Positions 1 through 13,636 of a stretch of 64,000 bases of DNA are shown in pieces (the stretch's first letter is position 1; each line of letters opens with the position of its first letter). Source of the stretch: Lama guanicoe (lineage: Eukaryota); contig MU054098.1 of assembly GCA_013239625.1 (NCBI GenBank), forward strand, positions 2,729,104 through 2,793,103, in the 5' to 3' direction. The position numbers were made by a program, and so were the translations under genes. Under the pieces are notes generated by a model that made no database searches, was not told the DNA's origin, and saw only the letters and a program-made list of their open reading frames with translations.

Positions 1-202
1 GTAGTGGCCTAAAGAAATAAAAGTCTGTCCTGAAAAATATCAAGACATCTTCAAAAACCTAGTAAGCTCTGATACAAGAACTGATAACTCTTTCAAAATG
101 AGCTACCAGAACAGAGTAAGACCCCCAAACCAAAACTTTAGCCCTGATATGCTAATGCCACAAGAATCACCTTAAAAAAATATTTAACTGTAATTGACTC
201 AC

Positions 203-323
203 CATTGTCACTCTGGGCATCAACCTCTTCTGAATTCAAAGTCTGTTTGCCTGAGCTATGTTCTCGCCTTGCAACACAGTATCTTGAAGTAGCAGGAACC
301 ATTGTGGAGGGCCCCCCATGATT
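203..323 (-). CDS. ALG13: ALG13 exon 19
   Basis: gtacag|AAT...AATG|gtgagt; 121 nt; [40 protein letters not shown]. Confidence 0.95.
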
Positions 324-697
324 CTGTACCAAAGAGATACATACATACACATGCAGTCCTCCCTATATAGTTAGAGAAAAAGCTATAAATATTTTAAATG
401 TACATTAGAATCAAAAATACGTGAGGAAATAATGATCAAGAAAACAAAATTTTAGCCCATACTATCCAGGCAAAATTATTTGTCCACTTCTACCCCTCTT
501 CTCTAAGAATAGCTTAAAAAAAAAGTTCTATTCTCCAATTTTTAGAAGCTCTAAGGTGAAAACTTAGGTTTTCCAGGAAGGGCTTTTATTTGACTGTTTG
601 TTAAAAAGTTCAAATTTATCTACATTGCCTTTACTTAAAAAAATAAAATGAAAGAGAAAAGTAAACAGCTTTTTGAGTAAAACTTTGACCTACTTAC

Positions 698-854
698 AGG
701 TAAAGCTGGGTAAGCAGTCTCATCCCCTTCTTCAACTTCATAAAAGGTAATAGTTTCTTCCAAGCCCCTGGGCATCTGTCCACTCTCTGGAGCAAAACTA
801 TACTGGCACTCTTTATTCATACAATGCATCTGGCGGTGACTACGTCTAAAGGAA
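698..854 (-). CDS. ALG13: ALG13 exon 18
   Basis: cttaag|TTCC...CCT|gtaagt; 157 nt; [52 protein letters not shown]. Confidence 0.95.
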
Positions 855-1045
855 CTTAAGTAGTTTGGGGAATGAGAAGGGGGAAAAAGATAAAATATGG
901 TAGTAAACTGTTTCTAATTTCTAAATAACAGTTCAAACATCTCAATGTTGACACTTTTAAAAAATTTAGTCCATATATCTGATGCACAGCAATAAAGCCA
1001 GACTTACACATTTTCTCTAACTTCCAACACTTAAAATTCACTTAC

Positions 1046-1159
1046 CGAGATCTATAGGAGAAGTTATCATAGCTCTGGCAGCACCTTTTACCTGGCCCAG
1101 GGTAAAAACCAACTTTAGCGCCCACCATGTTGTGCCTGTTTATAAAGCGAGATGCATCC
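1046..1159 (-). CDS. ALG13: ALG13 exon 17
   Basis: tcttag|GGAT...TCTCG|gtaagt; 114 nt; [38 protein letters not shown]. Confidence 0.94.
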
Positions 1160-1594
1160 CTAAGAATAAAGGGGGAAAAAAACCAGAACTCTTTACTCAC
1201 TAGTGCTTCAGTAGTCAGTCTTAGTAGCTAAATAGAATTAACTTTCTAAAAATGACCAAATAGAGAGCTCTTCTATCCTCACTACTGACATTAGGCCTAT
1301 CCATTATTAAAGGATACAGTGCCATATGCATGGCACTCAGCTTGCTGGCATTCTATCTTGTAGCATCTCTTCAACTGTTCAATATTTCCCTAGACTGTGA
1401 GACCATAAATCTTCAATAAATTTGACAAGAATTTAAGTATACATCAGTTCCATCCTTTATGCTCACTTTAGGCAGAGATTATAAAAGAAATATAAACTAT
1501 TAAAATATTTCTAAATTCTACCATAATTCTGCCCAGGAATTATTTCTAATCTCTCAACAGAGATGTACACTATATTCAGTCAGTTAAGACCTAC

Positions 1595-1841
1595 CTGGGC
1601 ATCCCATATCCCCGACCTTGTCTCTGAGATGAATGTTGAAGATGAAAATGTTCATTAGACAAACCACTGTCCGCTGTCTGTGAGTAGTGCATTGGAGGGT
1701 CATGCCCATAATGCATACTATGCTGAAGCCTGGGCGGGAGGAGGGGGTCTCCCCTGCTGTAAGCCATAGTCATATAAACCTCTTTCCCTCTAACTTTCTT
1801 GAACATCTTCTTCCGTTGCTTCATGTCCATCTCCGACATAG
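1595..1841 (-). CDS. ALG13: ALG13 exon 16
   Basis: tgaaag|CTATG...CCCAG|gtaggt; 247 nt; [16 protein letters not shown]...QGRGYGMPR. Confidence 0.94.
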
Positions 1842-2278
1842 CTTTCAAACAAAGAAGCAAGTAAATGAGCTTCATAACCAAAGCAAAAAACCCAGTGTCT
1901 CCCACAGCACTCCCACAAATATCTAAAACTCTCAGATGTTTTCTTAGGACAAACCAAATGAATACAGGGAAGGAATTTCCATACTTTCAAAGGATGTACT
2001 AGATCTTCCATTTGGAAGGGCCTAATGAGCAAGTAACTTCTGTTATCAATGGACACCTCAGCACTACCTTTAGAATAGGCAGCTTTGGTCATCAAAACAT
2101 ACAGTCACTCACCTATGTTACTATTATCCAAGAAATTATGCCCATTAATATCTCTTCCAATATCTCAATATCTCATTGTGTCTATGAGGTGTTTTCCTAG
2201 TTCTTTGAGAAATCTTTTCCCTTCAAGTTTTAAAGTTTAAAGTCCACTCCAACTTAACTTTACACAAAGTCCCCTAAA

Positions 2279-2497
2279 CAGTAATTCTCAGCCAGGACAA
2301 TTTTTTCCTCCCCTCCTCTGGGGCACATTTGGCATTATCTGGAGACATTTCTGGTTGTCATAACTTGGGGAAGGATGGTACTGGCATCTAGTAGATAGAA
2401 GCCACTTAGCAGCATCCTACAATGCACAGGATAGCTCCCCACAACAAAGTATTATCCATCCCAAAATGACAGTAGTGCCAAAGCTGAGAAACTCTAC
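2279..2497. mobile_element. MER20-like hAT MITE
   Basis: Recognised motifs ggagacatttctggttgtcataacttgg and gcatcctacaatgcacagga. Confidence 0.75.
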
Positions 2498-2582
2498 CCC
2501 TAAAGCAAGACTTACACCTTAAAAAAAAGTACAATGTAGGTAAGCACAAGAAGGGGAAAATAATAAAAACCAGCATACAAAC

Positions 2583-2710
2583 CTATTTCTGGGACATAGC
2601 CCCCGGAAATTTTCTGATAACCTCTTCCTTTCCTATTGGGCATAGCATTCCAGGCAGGAACAGGTGTCACTTGGGTAACTGGTTTTAAGTTAGCCAGTGG
2701 AACAACATGC
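2583..2710 (-). CDS. ALG13: ALG13 exon 15
   Basis: tttaag|GCAT...ATAG|gtttgt; 128 nt; [42 protein letters not shown]. Confidence 0.94.
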
Positions 2711-2924
2711 CTTAAAATTAAAGATATCACCATAAAGCCATTGCAACACATACAAGTTTAATTCGATACAGATACCCGACTCCTCCTGCTTCATTTTCAA
2801 GTATATTCTACTAAAACTGGTTGACACTAGCTTCCCCATTGAGGTTTTCTTTTTGGGTTAGAAAACCTAAGAGTAGTTACTACAATTTCACAGCTGTTTG
2901 TAGCACATATGTTCAGGATGAGAT

Positions 2925-3420
2925 TGTGGTAAACTAGTTTACAAATATTTGTTGCCTCTCCTTGGAGCAGAATTATATCTTCTCATCCCATTGACTTTAG
3001 GCTTAGTTATGTAACTTACTTTGGCCAATAAAATGTGAGCAGATGCTTTAAGAACCAGCATATGGTTTGTCATGTTCTCATTTTTTTCCCTTTCTATGAT
3101 CATGGCAGCATATGTCTAGATAGAGCCTTTGTCAGCCTGGGTCCCCTTTGCCGACCCACTATGGACATGCTAAATGAGCAACAAATGAACTTTGTTTCAA
3201 GCTGCTGAGATTTTTTTGGTTGTTAGGGCAGCATAACCTACTTTAATGGTTCTCAAAGTAGACCAACAGCGTTAGTATCACCTGGAAACTTATGAAGTTC
3301 AAATTCTTGGGCACCACCACAAACTTACTCAATCAAACTTTGGAGATGGAGCTCATCAATCTGTATTTTAATGAGCTCTCCAGATAACTCCAGGATATGT
3401 TAAAGTTTGAGAATGACTGG
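2925..3420. mobile_element. MLT1-type MaLR LTR remnant followed by MER5A-like MITE
   Basis: cttactttggccaataaaatgtgagcaga...gcagcataacct, then ggttctcaaagt...aaagtttgagaatgactg. Confidence 0.55.
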
Positions 3421-3738
3421 ACTAGCCTATTGATATTGGTAGAGGTTCACTTAGAAAATCAGCTTTCCAACTATTATAAATAGTTTTGTATCGTAATTCT
3501 GTTGTACTTAATAATTCTAATATGCTAGCTAGCACCTAGGATTTGGAAACTTATACACAGGTATACCGAGATTTCATACTTCAGCACATGCTTTTACAAT
3601 TCAAAATAAGTCATCTTAGGTCAGTACCAGATATAACTTTGGTTCTCTTACTAGCATCCTGGTAATTCTCAATTTAATATTACGAAAAGGCACCAAGAGC
3701 CAAATATTTTTGTAATTCAACAAATTATTATATTCTTA

Positions 3739-3951
<213 letters not shown>

Positions 3952-4137
3952 TTATTAAAGCAGTTGATAATCAATACTGCCAATCTGGTTCAATAGAGGC
4001 AGCACATGCTGAAAGAGCTTTACATCTATTCACAAGTTTATATATAATTAAAATCCAACACAAACATTTTTAAAAATCCCAGTATTCTGTAAATTAGTTT
4101 TGTTGAACTCATATTAATGACTAAAACCACAATCTCA

Positions 4138-4293
<156 letters not shown>

Positions 4294-4601
4294 TCATTTA
4301 ATTTTCTAATTTATTTTTACCAGTGTTCTTGACAATGCTACCACTATAAGCTAAAATCTGGGGGGGAAATGTCCTAACAGGTCATTCTATCACTCTTGAT
4401 GGGTTACTTCTATGGTTAATTTAAGAAGACCTGCTAGAATAGTTTTGTGCTATAAGACAAAAATAGATGGAAATTGGAGGTTGCAATCTTAGAGTTAGTC
4501 AAATACCAATAAGGTACAATTTGAAAGTAACACACCTCAATTTTTTTAAAAAAGGAAAAAAAAAAAGAAGTACTATGCAGCTTTTTCAAAGCAGCCTACT
4601 A

Positions 4602-4833
4602 TAGTTGATCACTGAACAACACAGGTTTGAACTGCATGGATCCACTCATGTAGATTTTTTTCAATAGTAGATACTACAGCACTATAAGATCCGAGGTTTG
4701 TTGAATCCGACGATGTGGAACCGCAGATACAGAGGAACTGTAAATACCATGGGCTGACTACAAATTATACTGGGATTTTCGACTGCTTGGAGGGTCAGTG
4801 GACCTAACCCTCATGTTGTTCAAAGGTCAACTG
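4602..4833. mobile_element. MER8/Tigger2-type MITE
   Basis: Terminal inverted repeats tagttgatcactgaacaaca ... tgttgttcaaaggtcaactg. Confidence 0.75.
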
Positions 4834-5019
4834 TGTTTTTAATAATTTACTGTGTTCTACAAGATATTAACCTCATTCTAGATTGTTAATTATACCTATG
4901 TTTACCAAGGTTCAAGGAATTGAGTATGGAACATTCAATAAAGCCTACTTTGAAGACAGAACTTTAAGACCTAATTTGATGAACTCAGTTATCTTATAAG
5001 GAGAAACAATTACCTATCT

Positions 5020-5262
5020 CAAGGGTTGGCAAACTTTCTCTGTAAAGAGCCAGACAGTAAATATTTTAAACTTTGTGGGACATACAGACTCTGTTGTAAC
5101 TATTCAACTCTGTAATAAAACTTTATGGACACTGAAAATTGAATTTTACATAATTTTCATTTGTTACAATATACGGTTCTTTTCATTTTTTCCTGCCATT
5201 TAAAAATATAAAAACCATTCTTAACTCATGGACCATAGTCATACGTAGTTTGCCAATACCTG
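5020..5262 (+). mobile_element. MER58B-like hAT MITE
   Basis: agggttggcaaactttctctgtaaagagccag ... gtagtttgccaatacctg. Confidence 0.75.
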
Positions 5263-5589
5263 ACCTATTCATTTATCAATGAGTGCAGTTAACACATTGA
5301 ATTTAAGATGAACTTATTTCCATTTACAAGTTTCTGGTACTCAAAGTTATCTAAAAGTTATCTCTACACAGTCTTTGCCAAGTTGAAGTCCCAAATGAAC
5401 ATCAGACTCTGAAAGATCCCTCCCCACTTCTAAACCTATTAGTTTTCTCCTTTGGATTTAAATCATGTATTGAGCAGGCTAAAAAGTACCACATAAACAT
5501 GTAAAAATGTTTATTATTAACAGTACTTTGAAAACATCTCTTATTTTTAGAAATTTACAAAATTATTCTCCTGGATCTGTCAGGATTCA

Positions 5590-5724
<135 letters not shown>

Positions 5725-6729
5725 CTAAAACAAAAATAATCATGCTACAAACTCACCATCCTTAGCTTAAGTCTTCCTTCTAAGAAGAAGGAAGAATTAA
5801 GGTTCTTTTTTTCCTTTTTTAAAACTATGTACATATATGCCTTTCCTTCTTTATTAAAACAAGAAATAAATGCCACAATAAATTTTACTGTATATATTAA
5901 AAATTAGGAGTCTAAAGAAACAATATACAAAAATCTAAAAGGTTTTAGATGGCAGAAGGGAAATACTGTCTAAAGCAGCCAATAACTCATATAAATCAAT
6001 GCAACACAGATCAGGATTAAAGATTCAGCCAGGGCTATTGAGCAAGTCTCATCTTGATATGCCTACAGAGGTTCAAGTGTTTCTGTACCCTAAAGTCATC
6101 TGGAAAAATATCAAAAGTTTACTTCATTTTGGTCAAAATCTGTTACAATTTCCAAAAGAATTACCTTTTTCTTCTGCTTTCTTAGAATTTCATGATAGTC
6201 CATACTGATCCCAAATCACTAGCATTTGGGGCATATACAGAGATTGTTCTCGTAGTATTTGCCCTAATTAGCTAACCTCAAATTCAACGCCTGCTTGATT
6301 TTAGGCCTATACAGATGGTAAAATTCCTACTGTTTCTCCAACCAGGATTATTACCTATTTCCTTTGAGTAGAATAGGGATAAGCATTATACTCTTTAGTA
6401 ACAAGAAGAAGCCTTAGCATCAGAAGACCAATTACAAACTAAGTATCTCTAGGATTTGTAATATTACTTTAACTTGAAAACAATAGCTTCTGAAATTTCT
6501 CAGGTGTTCAGAGTTCACTTTGAAAAAAAATTTACAATTTCATAAGAATAAAAATTCAGAGAACATTAAGCCCACATTTTGCATTTTCAGATCAAGACTT
6601 TCACAAAGGAAAACATCATTTCCCCACCAACTCCATATAACTAAAATGGACCATCTGACCTTAACTAGTTAAAGTTATGATGCTGTAAGCCAAGATTATG
6701 AAAATTCTTTGCCCTAGAAAATCTCAAAC

Positions 6730-6805
6730 CTTTTCTTCTTCTGTTCCTTGATTGTACCCCTCTGGTATATTTTCAGCATTGCAGCAGGCACCCCACTCTT
6801 CGGTC
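6730..6805 (-). CDS. ALG13: ALG13 exon 11
   Basis: aattag|GACC...AAG|gtttga; 76 nt; [25 protein letters not shown]; keeps the frame between its neighbours. Confidence 0.9.
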
Positions 6806-6986
6806 CTAATTGAAAAGATTTAGAACAAAGAGCTTTATATAAATGTACTAGCTAAGGAAAGTCTTAATGACCATACCACCATCTAGTGGCAAAGTAGCTC
6901 AGCTCTAAAAATGAAGCAAATACTTTTTCATCCCAAAATTTACATTTATGTTTCCTTTTTATAAGTATGTGCTACACATACCTCCC

Positions 6987-7530
6987 GTGGGGACACAACT
7001 TTAAGATGGTCCTTATGAGCCCCACCTCGTGGTGGTCACACTCTTGTTTGAGTCCCCTCTCCTTAAGTTTGCTTCTAACCAATAGACAAGATGTATATTA
7101 CCACATTATATAATATAGGGTCTGTCTTGCTGATCTCTCTCTTGCTGACTATTAGGAAGCAAGCAGCCATGTTCACCAACCCCATGTGGCATAGCACATG
7201 GCATAGCACATGGGGTTGGTGACCATGGCCAAAGGGTTACCTCTGGCTGATAGCCAGGAAAAGGCTGAAATTCTCAGTCCTTCAGCTGCAAGGAATTGAA
7301 TACTACCAAGAACCACGTGAGTGGGGAAGTGGATCCTTCCCCTGTCAAAATTCCAGATGAGAACTCAATCTTGGCCAAAACTCTCATTACATTCTTGTGA
7401 GGTCCTAAGCATAAGACCCAGCTAGGCTGTGCTCAGATTCCTAACCCATATAAATTATGAGATAAGAGTGTTGTTTTAAGCTGTCAAGTTTGTGGAAATA
7501 TTGTTATGCAGCAAAAGATAACTAATAAAC
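6987..7530 (+). mobile_element. MLT1 (E/F/G-type) MaLR LTR
   Basis: Typical 3' end tgttgttttaagctgtcaagtttgtggaatattgttatgcagcaaaagataactaata. Confidence 0.75.
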
Positions 7531-7567
7531 CTTGCTTCCTATTACTCTAGTTAAGCCTCAAATTCTT

Positions 7568-7690
7568 TTTTTTTTTTGCATTAACTTCTTTTTATTTATT
7601 TATTTAAATAGAGGTACTGGGGATTGAATCCAGGACCTCGTGCATACTAAGCATGCACTGTACCACAGAGCTAAACCCAACCCCCCCTAC
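7568..7690 (-). mobile_element. tRNA-derived SINE (camelid Vic-1-like)
   Basis: tRNA-like head, A-rich tail, TSD agcctcaa(a/g)ttctt at 7554-7567 and 7691-7704. Confidence 0.85.
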
Positions 7691-8808
7691 AGCCTCAAGT
7701 TCTTAAGACAGATAAGCAGTGAAGAATGAAGCAAATTCTACCTTGATATATGGTTGCCACCCGCTGCATTCCCCAATACAGTCATCCCTTGGTATCCACA
7801 GGGAGTTGGGTCTAGGACCCCTGGCAGATACCAAATCAGATTCTCAAGCCCATTATGGTCAGCCTTCCACATTCACAAATTCCACATCCAGAATGGGAGG
7901 ACCAACTGTAAGCTTTTTAAAAAACTCTCCTTATCAAAAAAAATTCTTTAATGCAAGCATTAAATATCCAAGAAGTAGAACTGCAAGACAAAAGACAAGG
8001 TAACACCTGATTAGCACCAAGCCTATCTGAATTTCCAGACAGAACTAAGAATCAGGAAGAAATACAACACCTACTTTATTTTCTCAATTGCAAAGTTTCT
8101 GACTAAATCTGTTCAATAATAGCTGCTTCCTCAGAGGCCACAACGTACACTCCTAAAAAGCACAAAAGGCAGACACTCAAAAGTTCCTAAAACTCTCCTT
8201 TAGCCTGAGAGATTTTTTTCCTACTAGCTGGATGTATGTGTCAAGCAACCACTCTGAACCTCAGTTACCATCTGTAAAATGATAGTGCTGGTTTAGGATC
8301 AGTTTTGTTCTTAGAGTGTGGTCCATGGCCTACCTGTATCAGTATACTTGGGTGTATTTGTTTGAAAAGTAGATTCCTGGCCCCACTCTGACCTCCAATT
8401 TTTTGAAAGGAAGCCCCAAAATCTGCCTTTCTAACAAGTACCCTGAGTAATTCATATATAAGTTTGAGAATCATGGATTAGATAGTTCTAAAGTCTCTTC
8501 TAGCAATTAAAAAACTAATTTTGGAGTCTGACTTGAGATGTGTGTCAGCAGGGGGAAACTCCCCCTCTACCCCTCTTAAGTTCTTGTGGCTGAACTAATA
8601 AAAAAAAGTGACAGAAGACAGATCAGTAGGAGAAAAAGAAACATTTGTTTAAATTGGTTTTGACTTGGACTGAATCCCCAAAGCCTGAGTATTTCACAAT
8701 GTAACATACCTTTTTGGTAAAACTTCTCTTCCCCCTTTAAAAAATGTATATCCCTATACATACATATACACACACACACACACACATACATACATGTGAG
8801 TGTATATA

Positions 8809-9015
8809 CAGTCGGCCCCTTCATTTTTGTAGGTTCCACATCCATAGATTCAACCAATCATGATTGGAACTGGTTGAATACGTGGATGCAGAACCCAAAA
8901 TAAGAGGACAGACTGCATATACCACATTATTTTAGATAAAGGACTTGAACATTGAGGATTTTGGTGTTTGCAAGAGTCCTGGAATCAATTCTCTGTGAAT
9001 GCCAAGGGCTGACTA
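8809..9015. mobile_element. MER2/Tigger-type MITE (related fragment at 7779-7909)
   Basis: TIR-like ends cagtcggcccct ... aagggctgact; internal ccacatccatagattcaaccaa. Confidence 0.6.
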
Positions 9016-9118
9016 TATATAAATAGTCTAAGTCATAAGCTTGCCAGTCCCTTTCACTTTCAAATGATGCACAAAAACATGATGATCTTGTAGTTGACGT
9101 CACTTTTCCCTTTATTAC

Positions 9119-9281
9119 CTATTCGGAGTTGAACTCCTGTAGTCAATATGGACATCCTCACTGCCAGTCACAGCATTGTTCCTATTCTTCCTGGAACCAC
9201 TTCGAAACAATTCAACTGCGGTCTTCAACTCTTCTTCATCCACAACAAACACATCTTTATAGAGAATTTCATACAATACAG
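9119..9281 (-). CDS. ALG13: ALG13 exon 10
   Basis: ctttag|CTGTA...AATAG|gtaata; 163 nt; [55 protein letters not shown]. Confidence 0.96.
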
Positions 9282-9482
9282 CTAAAGGAAAAAATGGCCA
9301 AAACTCCAATTGTCAAAATAAGAGTTTTTATAACAATGTGAAAATAGCCATAACCCAGTAAACAAATTCAATACATACCAGCAAAGTTTTAAGAGAGCTA
9401 TTCATGGCGGATCCCTCAATTTAAAGACTGGCAACAAATCATCTAAAAGCACACTCAAAACATTTATAAAACCTTCACATAC

Positions 9483-9564
9483 CCTGACAAATAGCTGCAC
9501 TTGACTGAAATTGTTTTGAGTACACTGAATCATAATGACCATTACTTGAATAGCAGAGTAGAAT
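9483..9564 (-). CDS. ALG13: ALG13 exon 9 (OTU His loop)
   Basis: cttcag|ATT...CAGG|gtatgt; 82 nt; [27 protein letters not shown]. Confidence 0.96.
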
Positions 9565-9685
9565 CTGAAGAAAAGAAAAACACAGAACAATTAAGTGAAT
9601 GTCTCACTACAATGAAATACTTGAAATTAAGTTGGTAATCAGAAACTTATAAACTAAATGCTTTCTTTAAAAAGTGATTTTTAAA

Positions 9686-9776
9686 TTCCACACATAAGTG
9701 ACATTACAGTATTTGTCTTTTTCTGTTTGACTTACTCCACTCAGCATTTGTCAATTATATCTCAGTAAAGCTGGGG
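9686..9776. mobile_element. Tiny 5'-inverted L1 3'-end insertion
   Basis: Antisense L1 3'UTR piece joined to a sense L1 tail; exact 16-bp TSD aaaagtgatttttaaa at 9670-9685 and 9777-9792. Confidence 0.7.
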
Positions 9777-12415
9777 AAAAGTGATTTTTAAAATCTAAAT
9801 ATAGATAAATGCAAGCTATATTTCATAAAGAGATTTTCTTAAAAGTGACTTTTAAATGTCAAGATTAAAATCACTATTAAGGCAACACTGTGAGCTTTAA
9901 TCACATTCCTGTTAATATTCCAAACAAGTACTGATTTATGAATTTGCGAAAGATGGAAACTTTTACAAACTGAGAGAGTGAATATAATAGAAAGCCTTAA
10001 CAGAAGTCAAAAGACCCAGCTTAATTTCTGAAATTGGAGAAAATACGTCCAACACCCAACCCCCAAACTTAGACTATGGGGGGAGGGATTTCATTCAATT
10101 TATTCAAAATGTCATCTATTGTATTGAATAGCAATGTATCAATATGCTATATAGAAGCAATACTGCTAAAGAGACTTCTTAATGAATTAATGCACTGAGA
10201 TGGCTACAAAATGAGTTTATTTCTTAACTGATTCCTTCAATCTCTAGTTTTTTCAAGTAACAATTCAAAGGCCAGGCTTACTAACCAGTAAAAATGTTTC
10301 CTGGCTCCATGTGATGAAATTTGTTTACATAATTGCTCCAAAATGTTTTTGAATTTTTGTTCAAAAACCTATGTCTTGTGTAAGGGATGTCATCTCTAGT
10401 GATTAAGTCTATTTCATCTTGGAGCCATCTCTGATAACAGCAACCTGAGGTACCAAAGACAATTCTCTGTGATCTGTAAGAGGATGTTGCCACCAAGGTT
10501 CCCTGGCAGAAAATTATCCTAAACACTCTCTTTTTTCTACTTTCCTACACTACTCTGGGCTAACTTATCTCAATAAACAAGTTCTCTGATCCCAGGTCTA
10601 TTACTCTTTCCTAGTCTTTTTTTTTTGAAATCACAATTCTAATTCTATCAGTATAATCCATTTCAAGGTACTGAAGGCAAGTGTCAAGCTAAAGTAGCTC
10701 ACAATAAAGTTTAAGTTGCAAAGTTTTACCCATCCCAAGGAGTATTTGCATTGAAGAGGAGTTTATTAATCTAAAAGAACAGTGAGCAGATTTTGAGCAG
10801 AGAACCCCTTTGTGCCTTGGACTAGAAGAACTGGAAACTCCAACTAAGAAAGGTTAATAACCAGAGGCAGTTGTTAAGGAGTAGTGAAAAGAACACAGTT
10901 AACCAGAACTGATGACTAAGTAAGTAGGAAAGAAAACAAAAATGAGCATACAATTTCTCTATTTAAGTGGCAAGAAGTTCTGTTTTGATTGGAAGAGGCA
11001 AAACTAGTCATGATGGCTTTTGTGTTCCTGGTGGTGTCTCAACATAAAATAATTCTCTCATACATACTTGTGGGTGGTATGTCTTGGGGCAGGCAGATGT
11101 AAAGTAGTAAACTAGTGAAAAAATGAGGCAGATCTGTATTACTGATGAGGATCAGTATTTGAGAAGAACAAGTAACAATGTTAAGTATGAGCCCATCTCC
11201 ATTATAAATAAATAAATAAATACATACATACATACATACATGCAAAGAGAGTGATATGGGATACCCACCTAAACTTAATAGTTCTTACTCTGAAGCACAA
11301 GAGATTGAAGAGCATGAATGGAAACTTGGATTTTCACTATACATTTCCAGATAGAAGTTTTATTTTGTTTCCAATGTAAGTATATATTTCTATTCTTTCT
11401 ACATAGAGTAAATGGGCTAAGTGAAGATGGCAAGCTTCCAGCTGCATTCACTTTGACACCGGCTAACTATGTAAAATGCAGAGTTAAGTTAGCTAAAGTA
11501 GTAAAAGATACCAAGGTGAACATTAGGCATTTATTTCTTTGAAAATCTGCTCTAAAATATATTTTATGGAAGGCTCCTTAATAATGTTCACTGCTTCTAA
11601 TAAACTCATTTTTGAAAACTCAAACAATTCAAATATAAATCTTAGGAGCCTGAACCGATACAACTAAGTTTTAGGCAAAGCAAGATGTCACACAACAAAA
11701 GTACCCTGCTGCCACCTGGCTCTTCCATACTTAAATTTCAGTTTAAACAAACATATTCACTTCGTACATTCCCAAATCAGACATATATACAGTATCCTAT
11801 GCAATGCAAATACCCAACTGCTGATAAGTATTATGACTTATACATGATATTCTCATGGCTGCACACACTCAAAAGGTCTTACATTTTTGTATTCTTATCC
11901 CAATAGGTGATGTTTTTCCCTTAATTACCTCAGTAATATCTCTGTAAGATATACAAGACTCATTTGAAAATGAAGCTGTATAATTATAGAAACTAGGTGG
12001 TGGATATATGGATGTTCACTATAGAAGTCTTATAACGTCTCTCTATATGAAAATTATCAGAATAAAATGTTGGAGAAAAAAACCCTCAACAGTAGGTTTA
12101 AAGGGTCCTGGTAAAGATCTAAATGTCTAAATCCCATCTCAGACAATGCTATATACAATTGTTAAAATACAATAGCTAACACACCTTTTCCACAAACAAT
12201 TCTGATTATGTCATATCTTTGTTTAAAAACTTTGAATGAGTGTTTAGGGGGAATTATACTAATGTCTGAATTTGACTTGAAATACATCAAAAATTAAAAT
12301 GGACTGATGAATGGAAACACAACAAAACTCCAATATTGTGTAGTCTATATTCACTAAACAAATCACCAGGATAGGCTTTCTTTAAAAACTTTCCAGAAGA
12401 AAAACTGTATAGTGA

Positions 12416-12895
12416 GTGGTTGGGGGGAAGGTATAGCTCAAATGGTAGAGCGCATGCTTAACATGCATGAGGTCTTGGGTTTGATCCCCAGTACCTCTGC
12501 CAAAAAAAAAAAAAACTAATAATAAATAAATAGACCTAATGACCACCCCCAAAAAAATTTTTTTTTAAATTTTTAAAAAATAAAAAAAAATTTTTTTAAA
12601 TAAAAAAAAAGATAAATATCAATTCAACATAGACAGCTAACTGCCCTTAAAGTCCTATGCATTTTTTAAATGTATCTTAATTTGGGGGGAGGAGGAGTGA
12701 AGAAGACATTGCCAATCGTATGTATGTTTGTGAGTTTTGGAAGCTTCCATTTATTTAAAGCAGGAGTTGGCAAATTTTTCTGGGTAAAAGACCAGATAAT
12801 AAACATTTCAGCTTTTGCAGGCCATACGGTTTACTCAAAATTTTAAAAAAATTTTTAAAAAAATTTTTCAAGAAAAAAAAGCAAATTGGAAAAAT
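12416..12895 (+). mobile_element. tRNA-derived SINE (Vic-1-like) with a 230-bp local duplicate inside its tail
   Basis: ggggggaaggtatagctcaaatggtagagcgcatgctt...gatccccagtacctc; TSD aaaactgtat(a/g)gtga at 12401-12415 and 12896-12910. Confidence 0.85.
12609..12838 (+). repeat. Direct duplicate of 13764-13993
   Basis: 230 bp, offset 1155, one mismatch seen. Confidence 0.95.
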
Positions 12896-13563
12896 AAAAC
12901 TGTATGGTGAAGAACAATTTGTTTATCTGCTGACAGTTCTCAACCAACAAAACAATCTCCTAATATTTTCCAAGCACCTTACTAGGCAGTAGTAGCACAC
13001 TGTTCCTGCACTTAAGAAACTTTCAGACTAATGAGTGAAATAGACATGAAAACAAATATAAGGTGATAAACACTATAATTACTTGGGTGATGCTAGGGGA
13101 ACACAAAGGGAGGAAGTACCTCCAGGGGAGTTAGTAAAGTTTCAAAGGAAATGACATTTGAAATACAAAGGAAAAGAAAGTATGAAAGTCAGACTATCCG
13201 GAAGCATAATATACTAAGGCTGAAGGACAATGAAGCTGGAAAGGTCTGGGACCTTTTAGGGCACTGAATACCTAGCTTAAGAGTCTGGCCCTTATCTTCT
13301 AGTCAGTGAGGAGCCACTTAGGGTTTTGGGTGGTTTTTTTCTATTACAGAGAAGTGACAAGATCAGGTTTGTTCAGAAGGATAGCTAACAATACCGAGGC
13401 TGACTAACTGGAGATGAAAAGCCTGGTGGTAGAGAAGCTAGGCATTTAGACTGTACTTAATTTTTTCATTAATTAGGTAAAAAAGGATGATTTTTTAACA
13501 TCCTGGTAAGCAAGCAGCATTATTCAATTTTTTATTTTAGTAAACATTCAGTTATCTTCTTAC

Positions 13564-13636
13564 CTTGTCTTCATAGCCATTATCTGTGACGTAACTTGGA
13601 GGCTTTCCAGGATAGCGGTAAAGAATGAAATCCCGA
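13564..13636 (-). CDS. ALG13: ALG13 exon 8 (OTU)
   Basis: atgtag|TCGG...AAG|gtaaga; 73 nt; [24 protein letters not shown]. Confidence 0.96.

Noticed and set aside
12421..12500. tRNA gene (A box, B box, cloverleaf-like)
   Set aside because: It has an A-rich tail and TSDs, and a second diverged copy lies at 7610-7690, so it is a SINE head.
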